Below are positions 31,447-42,800 of a stretch of 64,000 nt of DNA, one piece after another. The DNA is from Hyphomicrobiales bacterium. GTDB taxonomy: Bacteria; Bacteroidota; Bacteroidia; Bacteroidales; JBGRPZ01. The notes under the pieces are model-generated. The model was not told the origin of the DNA. It made no database searches and saw only the letters and a program-made list of their open reading frames with translations. The position numbers were made by a program, and so were the translations under genes. Where the stretch lies: positions 1,160 through 65,159 of the forward strand of contig JBGRPZ010000007.1 of assembly GCA_041725915.1 (NCBI GenBank). The letters are read 5' to 3'. The first letter of the stretch is position 1; every line of letters begins with the position of its first letter.

Positions 31447-31479
31447 AAAAAGCCATAAGAAGTTCTTATGGCTTTTTTT
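31447..31479. terminator. bidirectional terminator
   Basis: aaaaagccataaga-agt-tcttatggcttttttt. Confidence 0.8.
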
Positions 31480-31495
31480 ATCTTTTATCATCTCC

Positions 31496-31975
31496 TCAAA
31501 CCTTTGGATGAATATATTCTGTAATGCCGTCTGAAAATTCTATCATATTATCTGTATTGTAATGCTTTATCTTTACTATCTCTCCATCTATAGTTGTGAA
31601 AAGACTGACACTGCCCACCTCTAGATTATAACTCTCCAGAATAGATTTCTGATCAAAGTTGATATGAATCTTCTCTTCTATATTCTTATCAACAACAACA
31701 TCCCCCGAATAGATCAAACTAATTGAAGGAGTATTCTTTTCTAATGCTGCTGATAAAGTTCGCATAGCTCGGGAGACACAACCTTTGCAATGAAAAACAG
31801 GTACTATAATATAAAGATGTTTGTCTTTGGGTATAGGCTCTGAAAAAGCTTCTTGCAAATAAGCATCCAATATCTTTGTCTCTAAAGGATATTTGCTATC
31901 ACTCTTGCATCCTGCAAAAAAAAATAGGACAAATAATAAAATATAGCTTCTTACTCGAATTGATATTGGTAACAT
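31496..31975 (-). CDS. lipoprotein with CxxC motif (thioredoxin-like?)
   Basis: Lipobox FAGC; FHCKGC; overlaps the upstream gene. Confidence 0.6.
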   Translation of the reverse strand: MLPISIRVRSYILLFVLFFFAGCKSDSKYPLETKILDAYLQEAFSEPIPKDKHLYIIVPVFHCKGCVSRAMRTLSAALEKNTPSISLIYSGDVVVDKNIEEKIHINFDQKSILESYNLEVGSVSLFTTIDGEIVKIKHYNTDNMIEFSDGITEYIHPKV

Positions 31976-33115
31976 AATAACTTTATTTTGTAGTGATTAT
32001 CTTCTTCTGATCTATTGATTCTTAGATTCCATATACCCTCTTCTGTGAATATCTCATTACCTATAGTTGGGGAATCCTTATCCCAATCAATTAAATACTC
32101 CCCTAACAGTTTAAAATCTTTATTTAAAATAATATAAGAAGACTTACGGCTTGGCTTCTTCATCATGTCTTTATTGACAATCAACCTATCTGTATAGCTT
32201 CGAATATAAACTTTACGATATGGATCGTAACTAATAAAATAATAGGCTGGCTCTTCTTCAAAATATTTCTTCGTCTGAGCAAGATTAGAATTCGGGTCAT
32301 AAGGATTAAAGTGATGAGATATGGACGATCCCATAAACTCTGCTCTTTTATTTCCTTTAAAGTCATAAATAAATATGCTATCGCTCTTCTCAAAAGAAAA
32401 TACTATACTTTCATTATCACCTTTTGCAAAGTGATATATCGCATCATTATAGACCTTACCTTTATAATAATGTGGAGGATATTTAAACTTAGTCTCTTGC
32501 TCTAATTGATTTGCCGTATCTGAATATGTCAAATAATAACCTGCATACTGCTCATACGTTGAATCTATACTTCCTTTGCCATTATTAAATGATAAAAGTG
32601 TTGGTAAAAACAAACCATCATTATAGATCAATGGCTTTTGTCCATAAAGGATTATCATTTCTCTTTTATCTTGTTCTTTCGGCTTTGTATTGTACTGATT
32701 GATTAAATTCCCTTTAAAATCATAAACCAACAGCTTTTGATTATCTGTATGAAATAAGGAAAAAGTAGTATCACTCAACCAATTAAAATGTAAACTATAA
32801 GCTAAGTGCTTTAATGTATCAGGTAAGCTTATTTGAATATGATTCAGGATTAACCACAAAATATTTTATCGTCTTATCATCCTTAAAATAATTTCCTAAA
32901 TAATAATCATTGTCAATCTTTCGTAAATCTCCATTCTTAATTTGCCTGATCATCTTATCCCCATATACAGAATCTGAAAGGCTAAAACTATATTCTTTTA
33001 TCTTCTTGAAATCAAATTTAGAAGTATTTAGAGCTTTATCATTACAAGCAGTTATAAAAAATAATAGAGTTGCTAATCCCCCAAGACCAGCCAAAAAGCG
33101 TTTTTTATTTAACAT
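31951..33115 (-). pseudogene. DUF4221-like beta-propeller lipoprotein split by a frameshift near 32820-32860
   Basis: 32819..33115 carries the lipoprotein signal (FITAC); 31951..32859 continues in the +1 frame with YDPYRKVYIR and ILNKDFKLLGE. Confidence 0.65.
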
Positions 33116-33546
33116 AAAGTATAAAATTTAATCTCAATAATTAATTTTGTGTTCGTTCTTTATTAAAAGAATTTATGTATAGTTGGCTAACAATTATGCA
33201 AAGCAAAAGAAAAAAGAACATATAACAAAACTTACAAGCAGCCATCTTTTGTAGAAAAATACAATCACAACTATAAACAGTTAGTACTTAACCCACAATC
33301 AATCATCTTTTTTCAATAAAAAACACAGATAAGAATAACACAATTTTATAATTTATACCAAAAATCAATACTTTTCCTGAGTTGAACTTTCACAAAAAAC
33401 ATTGCTTTTTTCTCGCAGCATACAGACGAATTCAATCATTCTTTATTATCTCCTCAATCTTTAGAGTGAAATAACATCATATTTCTTCTTCGGTTTTCTT
33501 CTCTTAAAAGAAGTCAAAACACAAATCATCTACTGAAAAACATAAA

Positions 33547-33700
33547 TCTTAGGCAGGAAGATTTTTGATTTCTAGGGGGGACGAATCATCATCTTAGGCG
33601 GGAAAAACATCCTTCTTCCTCCCTAAGTTACTCTTTCTTCCTAGGGAAAGATCATCATCCGTCAGGCTAAATTTTCAATTTCATCAAGGCTAAATTTGAT
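33547..33700. repeat. degenerate ~22-bp periodic array (~7 units)
   Basis: TCTTAGG/TCTTCC-type cores at ~33547, 33570, 33592, 33614, 33636, 33658, 33680. Confidence 0.6.
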
Positions 33701-34115
33701 ATTCAAAGTCAGAAGGATAATGCTCTTTATTTTATATAATATTCATTGCTGAATATGAGAATTCAACAGTAATCATTGAATAACGTTTTGGACTATACGG
33801 AAAATCTACGAAAAATTCCACTCTCAAAATCGCTTATAAAGGCATAAAATAATTGTTTCCATACCTGAATATGGGCATAAATCTTATGGATATCCATCAT
33901 TTTACACCAAAAACATTATATTTTTCCAATAGGACAACTTGCATTAACAAGATGCTAAATAACGGTCTAATCATAATTGTAAATAGATTTACAGAAAATG
34001 GAAACAAGAACTCAGCAGACATAAAAGGCAATAAAATTGTAGACAAAAAAAGAACCATCCCAAACGAGATGATTCTTATATTTCTTATGATTCTATAAAT
34101 GGTAAAGATTCTACA

Positions 34116-34934
34116 CTAGGCTCTAATCTCCTCTTTTATTGGTAAATCCTTATCATATGCAGGCTGCTTGGAAGCAGAGAATATACGCTTCAACAGATAA
34201 GCAGAAATAACAAAGACTACAACACCAATACCAACAGTGATTGCAAAACTACTTGGTGTACCTAGCAACTCTTCTGTCTCATCAAAACCAAGAAAAGATA
34301 AGGTGAAAGCCAAACTATTATTTACAAAATGAATTATAATAGTATAGGTAAGGTTACGTGTACGATAATAGATCCATCCCATAAATATTCCTACAAAGAA
34401 AGCTGGAACAAACTGCCATGGGTTAAGGTGTACTATACCAAACAAAAAAGCTGAGAAGAGAATCGCCTTCACAGGAGAATACTTCTTCAATAATCCATCT
34501 AGGACAATGCCTCTAAACAATACTTCTTCAAGTATCGGAGCAGCTACGGCAAGAGTAAGAAAAGTGAAAACACCATGATCGCCCATCATAGACTTAAACA
34601 TTTCTTCAATATAATCAGGCATTGGTATTAGATCACCAAGAGGGAAAGATACTGCCATTATAAAACCTAAAGTAGCTATTATAACTAATCCTAACACTCC
34701 TAACTTAGGTGCTTTTACCTCCAATTTTGTAAGGCCTGAAAGATTCTTTCGCATGGTATAAGCAAAAAGTATAGGCAATCCCATAGTAGCCAAGTAAGTT
34801 AGGAGCTGAGCAGGGCCAATTCCAATAAATCCTTTCAAATAATAGATTGGACTCGCTCCCAACATTGCAACAACTGTTATCCCAAATATCCCCCAACTCT
34901 GGCCAATATTTGGGTAATTTTTATAGTTTATCAT
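34116..34934 (-). CDS. CPBP (Abi/CAAX) intramembrane glutamic endopeptidase
   Basis: EEVLFRG, FGIVH, HFVNN. Confidence 0.93.
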   Translation of the reverse strand: MINYKNYPNIGQSWGIFGITVVAMLGASPIYYLKGFIGIGPAQLLTYLATMGLPILFAYTMRKNLSGLTKLEVKAPKLGVLGLVIIATLGFIMAVSFPLGDLIPMPDYIEEMFKSMMGDHGVFTFLTLAVAAPILEEVLFRGIVLDGLLKKYSPVKAILFSAFLFGIVHLNPWQFVPAFFVGIFMGWIYYRTRNLTYTIIIHFVNNSLAFTLSFLGFDETEELLGTPSSFAITVGIGVVVFVISAYLLKRIFSASKQPAYDKDLPIKEEIRA

Positions 34935-35185
34935 GTGTAATTTTTTTTATAAAAATAGGAAAGTTTATATATTCTACAAGGGAAAACAAAGGAGTCTATA
35001 AAGGATTTCAAATATTCATCTTACCATTAATAACATAACTCACTGAAATAATAAAACATAAACAACATCAGATTAACTCAAAATTAAACCCTCAATAATA
35101 AACAGGCTTTAAGCAAATATTTTCTCATTCCTAAAGAACAGCTTTCCTATGCCTTATAAGATATAAAACCGTAACGATTCTAACA

Positions 35186-36004
35186 CTAAACACTAACCTT
35201 CTCTTTTATTGGCATATTATCAGTATAGTCTGGCTTTCCCGAAGTAATAAATATACGATTCAATAGATAAATAGAACCTGCAAGGATTACAAACCCAACA
35301 ACAACAGCGATCAGTAAATTACTTGTTGTGATAAATAACTCCTCTAAGTTGTTAAAGCCAAGATAAAATAATAAGAAGGATAAACTATTGTTTATAACAT
35401 GAATCACAATAGGATAAATAAGATTTCGTGTATTATAGTAAGCCCACCCTAACAATATTCCTGAAAGAAAACAAAAGATAAACTGCGATGGGTTAAAATG
35501 TGATAAGCCAAATAAAAAGCTTGAGAAAAGAATAGCCTTCTTTGGAGAATATTTCTTCAGTAATCCATCAAGCATAATTCCTCTAAACAGTACTTCTTCA
35601 AGTATTGGAGCTATTACAACAGCAGTAAGTAAAGAAGTAAACCCATAATCACTCACTACAATATCAGATTGCCTATCAAGAAAATCTGGTACAGGTATTA
35701 ACTCTGTAAAAGGAATGTTTATAGCTAAAATAAAACCCAAAGCAGTGACTATAATTAACCATAATACTCCTACCTCAGGAGTTCTCACCTCTAGTTTCGT
35801 GCATCCAGACCAATCCTTTCGCATTTTATATGCAAAAAACACAGGCAATCCTAAACCTACTAAGTAAAACAATATACGAGTAATATCATTTCCAATAAAA
35901 GATTCAAAGATATTGACTTCGGTTGCCAATAACATTCCAAGAAATGTCATCCCAAATATACCCCAGCATTGCTTGATATTTGGGTAATGTCTATAATTTA
36001 TCAT
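35186..36004 (-). CDS. CPBP (Abi/CAAX) intramembrane endopeptidase, tandem paralog
   Basis: EEVLFRG, FGLSH, HVINN; same length (272 aa) as its neighbour. Confidence 0.93.
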   Translation of the reverse strand: MINYRHYPNIKQCWGIFGMTFLGMLLATEVNIFESFIGNDITRILFYLVGLGLPVFFAYKMRKDWSGCTKLEVRTPEVGVLWLIIVTALGFILAINIPFTELIPVPDFLDRQSDIVVSDYGFTSLLTAVVIAPILEEVLFRGIMLDGLLKKYSPKKAILFSSFLFGLSHFNPSQFIFCFLSGILLGWAYYNTRNLIYPIVIHVINNSLSFLLFYLGFNNLEELFITTSNLLIAVVVGFVILAGSIYLLNRIFITSGKPDYTDNMPIKEKVSV

Positions 36005-36200
36005 ATTTAATTATTTTTTTCATAAAAATAGAAAAACACATGTGTTCTACAAGAAAAAAACAAAAGATAATGTAGACAATCACAAATATTTCTTCACTTA
36101 AATTGCAATACACAGATAGTACACATATCCAAATAACCAAAGAAAAGTAACAAACACCAAAAAACAACGTAAATAAACTACACTTACAAATCTTTCAGAC

Positions 36201-37259
36201 ATGAGACAATTATTATTATTCATACTCTTATTTACTACAATCTATGTAAAGGGGCAAATTGGAATTAAAGTAGATGACAGAGCAGCAGAACAGTTATTAC
36301 AATTCCTTGACAAAGCTGATACATCTCAGATCAACAATATAGTACAACTTCCTGCCAACCAAATCATGGAACAATTATATGTTGATGCAACAGATTCTAT
36401 TGTTCCCTCTTTCAAAGAGACATTGTATAATTTTATTCCTACTGACAGCACCACCGGCATCTACTACAACCTATACAAGGCATACAAGAAAAGAAAAGAT
36501 ATCAGATCTCTTTTGGATAAACTTCAAAACCAAACAGATTATGATGATATTATCAATAGGGCATTATACTTCTTCCCTACTGATTATAAGTTTAAAAATG
36601 ACTACAATGTTTTTTATAGCCTTACAGGCTGGAAATGGGGAGACGCACAAAAAGTACAAGTTCAACTGGATGATAAAAATGATATAGTAAGCCTCGGAAC
36701 TGGAAAGCCTGCTTTAATATTCAATCTTAGAATCATTGCTGACTTATATGGTAAGGATACTGATTCCAGAATCAAGACCCTGAAAAATGTAATGTCTCAT
36801 GAAATCTTTCATGCCTTATTAGATGACTACTCAAATGATATATGGAAAACTACAGATATCAACTCATCTGATGATTTCCTTCGCTATTATCTCCTCAATG
36901 AAGGCATTGCACATTATATAACTCAAAGGGATGAAATAAAAACCAATTACAAGGACTTTAAAGAGAATGAACAACATGCTTTTGATACCCTCAATGTAAA
37001 ATATAACCACATCCACCAATTGAATATATCAGAAGAGGAAAAGATAAAGATGTTTGGCAAAGGATTATATGGAAGATTCTGGAATAAATACATTTGTATC
37101 TCTGGCATGTTTATGGCCTATCATATCGAAAACATCTTAGGCATAGAACAGCTGCGACAATGTATAAACAAAGGTTTCAACAACTTTATAGAAACATATA
37201 ATAATCTGGCTACTGAAAACGACAATCTTCATAAGGCAAATATAAATATCGAAATGTAG
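36201..37259 (+). CDS. secreted putative Zn-dependent protease (DUF5700/DUF2268-like)
   Basis: Signal peptide; HEIFH plus downstream NEGIA (gluzincin-like). Confidence 0.7.
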   Translation: MRQLLLFILLFTTIYVKGQIGIKVDDRAAEQLLQFLDKADTSQINNIVQLPANQIMEQLYVDATDSIVPSFKETLYNFIPTDSTTGIYYNLYKAYKKRKDIRSLLDKLQNQTDYDDIINRALYFFPTDYKFKNDYNVFYSLTGWKWGDAQKVQVQLDDKNDIVSLGTGKPALIFNLRIIADLYGKDTDSRIKTLKNVMSHEIFHALLDDYSNDIWKTTDINSSDDFLRYYLLNEGIAHYITQRDEIKTNYKDFKENEQHAFDTLNVKYNHIHQLNISEEEKIKMFGKGLYGRFWNKYICISGMFMAYHIENILGIEQLRQCINKGFNNFIETYNNLATENDNLHKANINIEM

Positions 37260-37376
37260 ACAGATGCACCACTATCACACTCAAATAAAACAACTTACCA
37301 TTTGTCGAGATAAGATATTATATAATTATATTTGTATATACTTTACACCTTTATATATAATATCTTATCTCCAAAC

Positions 37377-38741
37377 ATGAAGCACCTATACTCTTTCATA
37401 CTTCTGATAATATGTATAAATATAAATGCTCAGGATACAATACTAGATCACTACATAAGAATTGGCATTGATAATAATATACAACTACAACACAGTAGAA
37501 ACAAGCTCAACAAAGCCCAGCTAAGTCTACAAGAAGCCAAAAGCAAATATTATCCTCAGCTAAACTTATACGCAAGATACACAACCTCTGTTGGAGGTCG
37601 TACCTTTGATATCCCTGTAGGTGACCTGCTTAATCCCGTATACTCTTACCTGCACAAAACTTCTCAAGTCCTTCCTGAACCTCAACAATTCCCAAATATA
37701 TTTGTCGACAACCAAACATTCAACTTACTTCGCCCCTACGAGCAAGAAACAAAATTCACCTTGCTACAACCTATATTTAACAGACAGATTTATATAAATA
37801 AAAGACTCAACAAAAAACTTGTTACTACAGAGAAACTAAGTTATAGGCTATCAAAAGAAGATCTAATCCACGATATTAAAGTTTCATACTATAACTTTCT
37901 CCTTACTGTCGACCTACTGCAAGCTCTACAAGCAACAAAGAAAGTCTTACAAGAAAACCTGAGAGTCAGCCAAAGCCTATTCAAAAATCATAAGGTCACT
38001 AAGGAAATTGTATATCGATCAAAAGCTGAACTTAGCAAGTTCGAGAAAGAAATTACAGATGCAGAAAAGAAAAATGCATTGGCGGCTTCCTATTTCAACA
38101 CTCTTATCAATAGAGATATAGATGCGTCTATAGAAAAACAATCCTCTTTCAGTGATACCAACCTGATTCTGGATAAAGATATATTGATCCTACAGGCTCT
38201 AAGCAATAGAAAAGAACTGAAGCAACTTGATCATGCCAAGGAGATATATAAAGATAAAGTAGAGATAAACAGAAGTAATTATGTCCCCAATTTATCTGTC
38301 TATGGGGAGGCTGGTATACAAGGTGAACATTATGACTTTGGAAGATCCTACAATTATTATACTGGTTCATTGGTGTTGCAATGGAAGCTATTTGCCGGAC
38401 TGGAAAATAGACATAAGGTAAAACAAGCACGATTAGATGTGAAAAACATTGATCTGGAAAAGGAAGATGCAAAAAACAAAATACGCCTTCAGGTAATCAA
38501 CGCATATTATGACTGCTTATCACAAAAGAAGAATCTTCATTATTCCAAAGAAGAGTTTTCAAGTGCTCAAGCAGCATTTAAACTTGTCCAAAAGAAATAC
38601 TATCAGGGACAAGCTTCTCTCCTCGAATTCCTAGATGCCAGAGCCACCATGACACGAGCCGAAAAACAAAAAATCATTACAAGGTATCAGTTTCTTATCG
38701 CTCTGTCGAATCTCGAGAATACTATATCATCCCCCGAATAA
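37377..38741 (+). CDS. TolC family outer membrane efflux protein
   Basis: Signal MKHLYSFILL..INAQD, YYPQLNL, QPIFN, GQASLLEFLDA. Confidence 0.9.
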   Translation: MKHLYSFILLIICININAQDTILDHYIRIGIDNNIQLQHSRNKLNKAQLSLQEAKSKYYPQLNLYARYTTSVGGRTFDIPVGDLLNPVYSYLHKTSQVLPEPQQFPNIFVDNQTFNLLRPYEQETKFTLLQPIFNRQIYINKRLNKKLVTTEKLSYRLSKEDLIHDIKVSYYNFLLTVDLLQALQATKKVLQENLRVSQSLFKNHKVTKEIVYRSKAELSKFEKEITDAEKKNALAASYFNTLINRDIDASIEKQSSFSDTNLILDKDILILQALSNRKELKQLDHAKEIYKDKVEINRSNYVPNLSVYGEAGIQGEHYDFGRSYNYYTGSLVLQWKLFAGLENRHKVKQARLDVKNIDLEKEDAKNKIRLQVINAYYDCLSQKKNLHYSKEEFSSAQAAFKLVQKKYYQGQASLLEFLDARATMTRAEKQKIITRYQFLIALSNLENTISSPE

Positions 38742-38747
38742 ACGCTG

Positions 38748-39797
38748 TTGCTCATGAAAAGAACTACTATATATAATATAACATCCCTGCTGCTTATACT
38801 CGCTGTCGCTCTTTCTTGTAAAGACAAGTCCCAAGAACATGAAGCCAATGTAGTAGGTATTATAATTGGTAAGCCTTTGAAGAAGAAATATAGCTTCCCC
38901 ATTCATGCTTCTGGCAGACTGTTCCCCGAACATGAACTTAAATTGAGCTTCAAAACTGGTGGGCTTATAAAATATATTTGGGTAAAAGAAGGGCAGTTTG
39001 TAAAAAAAGGAACTCTCTTGGCTCAGTTGGATCTGCAAGAGATAAAAGCCTACAATCAACAAGCCCGGCTAGGACTCGATAAAGCTCAACGGGACTACGA
39101 AAGAGCTCGCAATCTCTATAATGATAGTGTCGCCACTCTGGAACAACTACAGAATGCCCATACTGCCTTGAAAGCCGCTAAAAGCAATCTTGATATTACA
39201 TCATTCAACTTAAGCCAAAGTCTTATTAAAGCACCTAGTGATGGATGGATACTCAAGAAACTTTCAAATGAGAATGAAATCATTGGCCCCGGATATCCTG
39301 CATTCTTCTTCGGTGAAAAAGGCGAACAATGGAAAATGAAAATGGCTGTTGCTGATAAAGAGATCCTGAAAATCCATATGGGAGACTCTGCATCAGTATC
39401 CTTCTCTGCTTATCCTGATATGACTTTCAAAGCTCATGTGTCTGAGATAGGATCTTATGCCGACCCTTATACAGGAACTTTTGAAGTTGACCTGAAACTT
39501 ATCCCCACCCAATATAAACTGTCTACTGGCTTTATAGGAAACTGTCAGATATTCCCTTCTGCACAGAAAGAACTCTTCTTTATTCTTCCATCTGCACTTA
39601 CAAATACTTCCGGATCAAAAGCTACAATTCATGAGTATAAGGATGGTAAAGCTATAAAACACAGGGTTCATATTGCTGGTATGCTCGAGAATTATATACT
39701 TGTCGATAAAGGTATCAATGAATCTATGGACATCATCATCAAAGGATCATCATACATAAGAAAAAACTCTAGCCTGAAAGTCCAAACCCATAAATAA
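38748..39797 (+). CDS. RND efflux periplasmic adaptor
   Basis: Lipobox LSC; LSFKTGG, VKEGQFVKKG, IKAPSDG. Confidence 0.92.
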   Translation: MLMKRTTIYNITSLLLILAVALSCKDKSQEHEANVVGIIIGKPLKKKYSFPIHASGRLFPEHELKLSFKTGGLIKYIWVKEGQFVKKGTLLAQLDLQEIKAYNQQARLGLDKAQRDYERARNLYNDSVATLEQLQNAHTALKAAKSNLDITSFNLSQSLIKAPSDGWILKKLSNENEIIGPGYPAFFFGEKGEQWKMKMAVADKEILKIHMGDSASVSFSAYPDMTFKAHVSEIGSYADPYTGTFEVDLKLIPTQYKLSTGFIGNCQIFPSAQKELFFILPSALTNTSGSKATIHEYKDGKAIKHRVHIAGMLENYILVDKGINESMDIIIKGSSYIRKNSSLKVQTHK

Positions 39798-39805
39798 AAG
39801 CTACA

Positions 39806-42800
39806 ATGAAGCTCCCTAAATATGCAGTTGATAACATACAGTTTACCACTATAATCTTTATAGTGCTGTTGATTCTAGGACTTAACTCCTTTTTTTCAAT
39901 GCCACGGACTGAAGATCCTCCGGTAAATGGAAATGCTTGTACTGTTGTTGTTATATACCCGGGAGCTAACCCCAAAGACCTTGAACAATTAATCGCTGAC
40001 CCCATTGAAGACGGCATCAACGAACTTGACGAAATTAAGAAAATCAAAACAGAGCTTAGGGATGGATTATGTTTCATGAACATATACTTTGACAATAGAG
40101 CCAACTCTGAGAAAGTATATGACAAGGTCACCGAGAAACTTAATAACCTCAAGAACGATCTTCCGGAAGATATATATGATATGCTCTGGTTTCCATGGGA
40201 AAGTACAGATACAAAAGTCTTTACTCTCGCTATGATATCTGATTCTGTGCCCTACTGTAGCATGGAAGAATATTCCGAAAACCTAAAGAAAGCCCTGAAT
40301 CGTATAAAAAGCATTAAGAAGGTTGATGTTGATGGCTACCCCAAACAAACTATAAACATACTAATGGATATGGAGAAAATGGCTGGTATGAACATCGATT
40401 TTACGGATGTCATCAAAGCTATTCAAAGTGAGAACCAAAATATCCCTGGTGGTGGTGTTATTATTGGCGGTAACAGATTCAGCATCCAAACCTCCGGATC
40501 ATATAAAGATATTGAAGGTATCAGAAATACTATAGTAAGCTCTTACTTGGGAAGACTCATATATCTCAAGAACATTGCCAAGATCGAACAAGGATATGAA
40601 GATGAAAAATATAAAGCCCGGCATAATGGACATAGAGCCATCTTTGTATCTGCTACTCAAAAAGATGGATTCAACATATTTGATACCTTCGACCAGATAT
40701 ATCTTGTTGTAGACGAATTTAAATCTACCCTTGACCCTAATGTACATATGGAGTACGTTCTTGACCAATCTATTGGGGTAAGCCATCGTATCAATCAGTT
40801 CTTACTTAACCTGCTTGAAGGAATTATATTGGTGGGAATAGTGATAATATTCGCCATTGGCATAAGGTCTTCTTTGATTATTATGACTGCTATCCCCCTG
40901 TCTATAATAGTAGGATTGTTCTTTGTAGATATATCAGGTTATGGTCTTCAACAGATATCTATTGGTGGCCTTGTATTAGCTTTGGGATTATTAGTCGACA
41001 ATTCAATTGTTGTAGTAGAGAATGTTGATAGATTCAAGAAAAGTGGACTAGGTAGCCGGGAGTCTGCAATAAAGGGAGCGTCACAAGTTGGATGGCCTGT
41101 AATCAGTTCGACAGTTACAACCATACTTGCATTCATTCCAATATTAATGATCGAAGGTGTCGCTGGCGACTTTGTAAGATCTCTCCCAACAACAGTGATA
41201 TATGTGCTTGCTGCCTCTCTTCTTATTTCTCTTACTCTATCGCCTCTTCTATCCTCTTCATTGCTAAGTAAGGGTAAATCCCAAAGAGAAAGCAGACTAC
41301 AGAAGCTACTGAACAAAATCATTAATGGATCATATCAAAATACACTTAATTATGTCCTTGTCCGCAGGAAAAGAGTTTTGTTTGTAACACTTTTAATCTT
41401 CATCGGAGCTATCTTTCTTTTCTCTTTTGGTATAACAAAATCATTCTTCCCTAAAGCAGAAAAACCCGAATTCCTTATCAATATTAATGCTGCTACAGGA
41501 AGCAGTTTAGATAATACAAACGATATAGCAAAGGAAATCGAAACCTATCTTGACACCTTACCTGAAATAAAATCTTACTCTACAGCCGTTGGACATGGTT
41601 TTCCAAAGGTATACTATAATCAAGGTGAATCTAGCTTCGACCCTTCTCTTGCTGTAATATATGTTGAAGTCAATAATTATCATCCCAAAAGACTAGAGGC
41701 TGTTGTCAATAAGATAAGGAAACATTATGCCAACTACTCAGGGGCGAAAATAGAAGTGAAGGAATTTGAACAAGGGGCTCCTGTAGATGCTCCTATAACC
41801 TTGAGAGTAACAGGTAAAAACCTCAACATATTACAGAAGATCGCCAGTGACATTGCTGATACTACAATGAATACTGTCGGTGCAGTTAATGTAAACAATC
41901 AACTCGACAAATCACAGACAGACATCAAAGTCAATATCAATAAAGACAAAGCTCTTCAGTTAGGAATACCATTATCTATAATTGACTACGCCATCAGAAC
42001 TGCCGTAAATGGAAATCCTATTTCTGATTACAGAGATAAAAACGGAAAGCAATTTGATATCATATTACGACAAGATTTCCATAAGAACGTACATGTAAAC
42101 ATATTCAAGAAGATCTGGATAAAATCTTTATCCGGAAGAATGATCCCCCTTAATGAGGTCACCAATCTTGAGTTCGATAATAGCCCTGCACTAATAACAC
42201 GATACAATAAAGAAAGATGTGCTGCCATTTTATCTGATGTAAAGAAAGGATATTCTGCCAATGCCGTAACTCAGACTATTCTTGATAAACTCGAAAACTA
42301 TAAGTACCCTGAAGGATACAGATTGATCGTTGAAGGTGATACTGAACAAATGAAGGAAAGCTTTGGATCAATGGGGATTGCTGCAATAATTGCACTCATA
42401 GCGATATTTGCTGTATTGGTATTGCAATTCAAATCACTGCTGCAACCTTTGATTATATATTCCGCTATTCCTCTTGCTGTCATTGGATCTTTTGTTGCTC
42501 TGTATATAACTGGTAACTATTTCTCTTTTACTGCATTTATTGGCCTCACCAGTCTGATCGGAATTGTTATTAACAACTCTATTATACTGGTCGATTATAC
42601 AAATCTCCTTGTCCGTAAGGAAAAGCACAAAATCATAGATGCTGTTATCAAAGCCGGGAAGATCAGATTTACACCTATAATACTTACAACTCTGACCACC
42701 ATAGGAGGACTATTACCCCTTACTCTTACAGGTGGCCCTATCTGGGCTCCTTTAGGTTGGACAATCATCGGAGGTTTAGCATTTTCTACTTTCCTAACAT

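Noticed and set aside
33107-33134. Third perfect XerD arm (ATTTAACATAA)
   Set aside because: It coincides with the ATG-TTA-AAT start of the lipoprotein gene and has no opposing TTAT arm. One chance match is plausible in AT-rich DNA.
33853-34098. 81-aa intergenic ORF
   Set aside because: TTG start, no motif, and it runs through the CPBP terminator hairpin.
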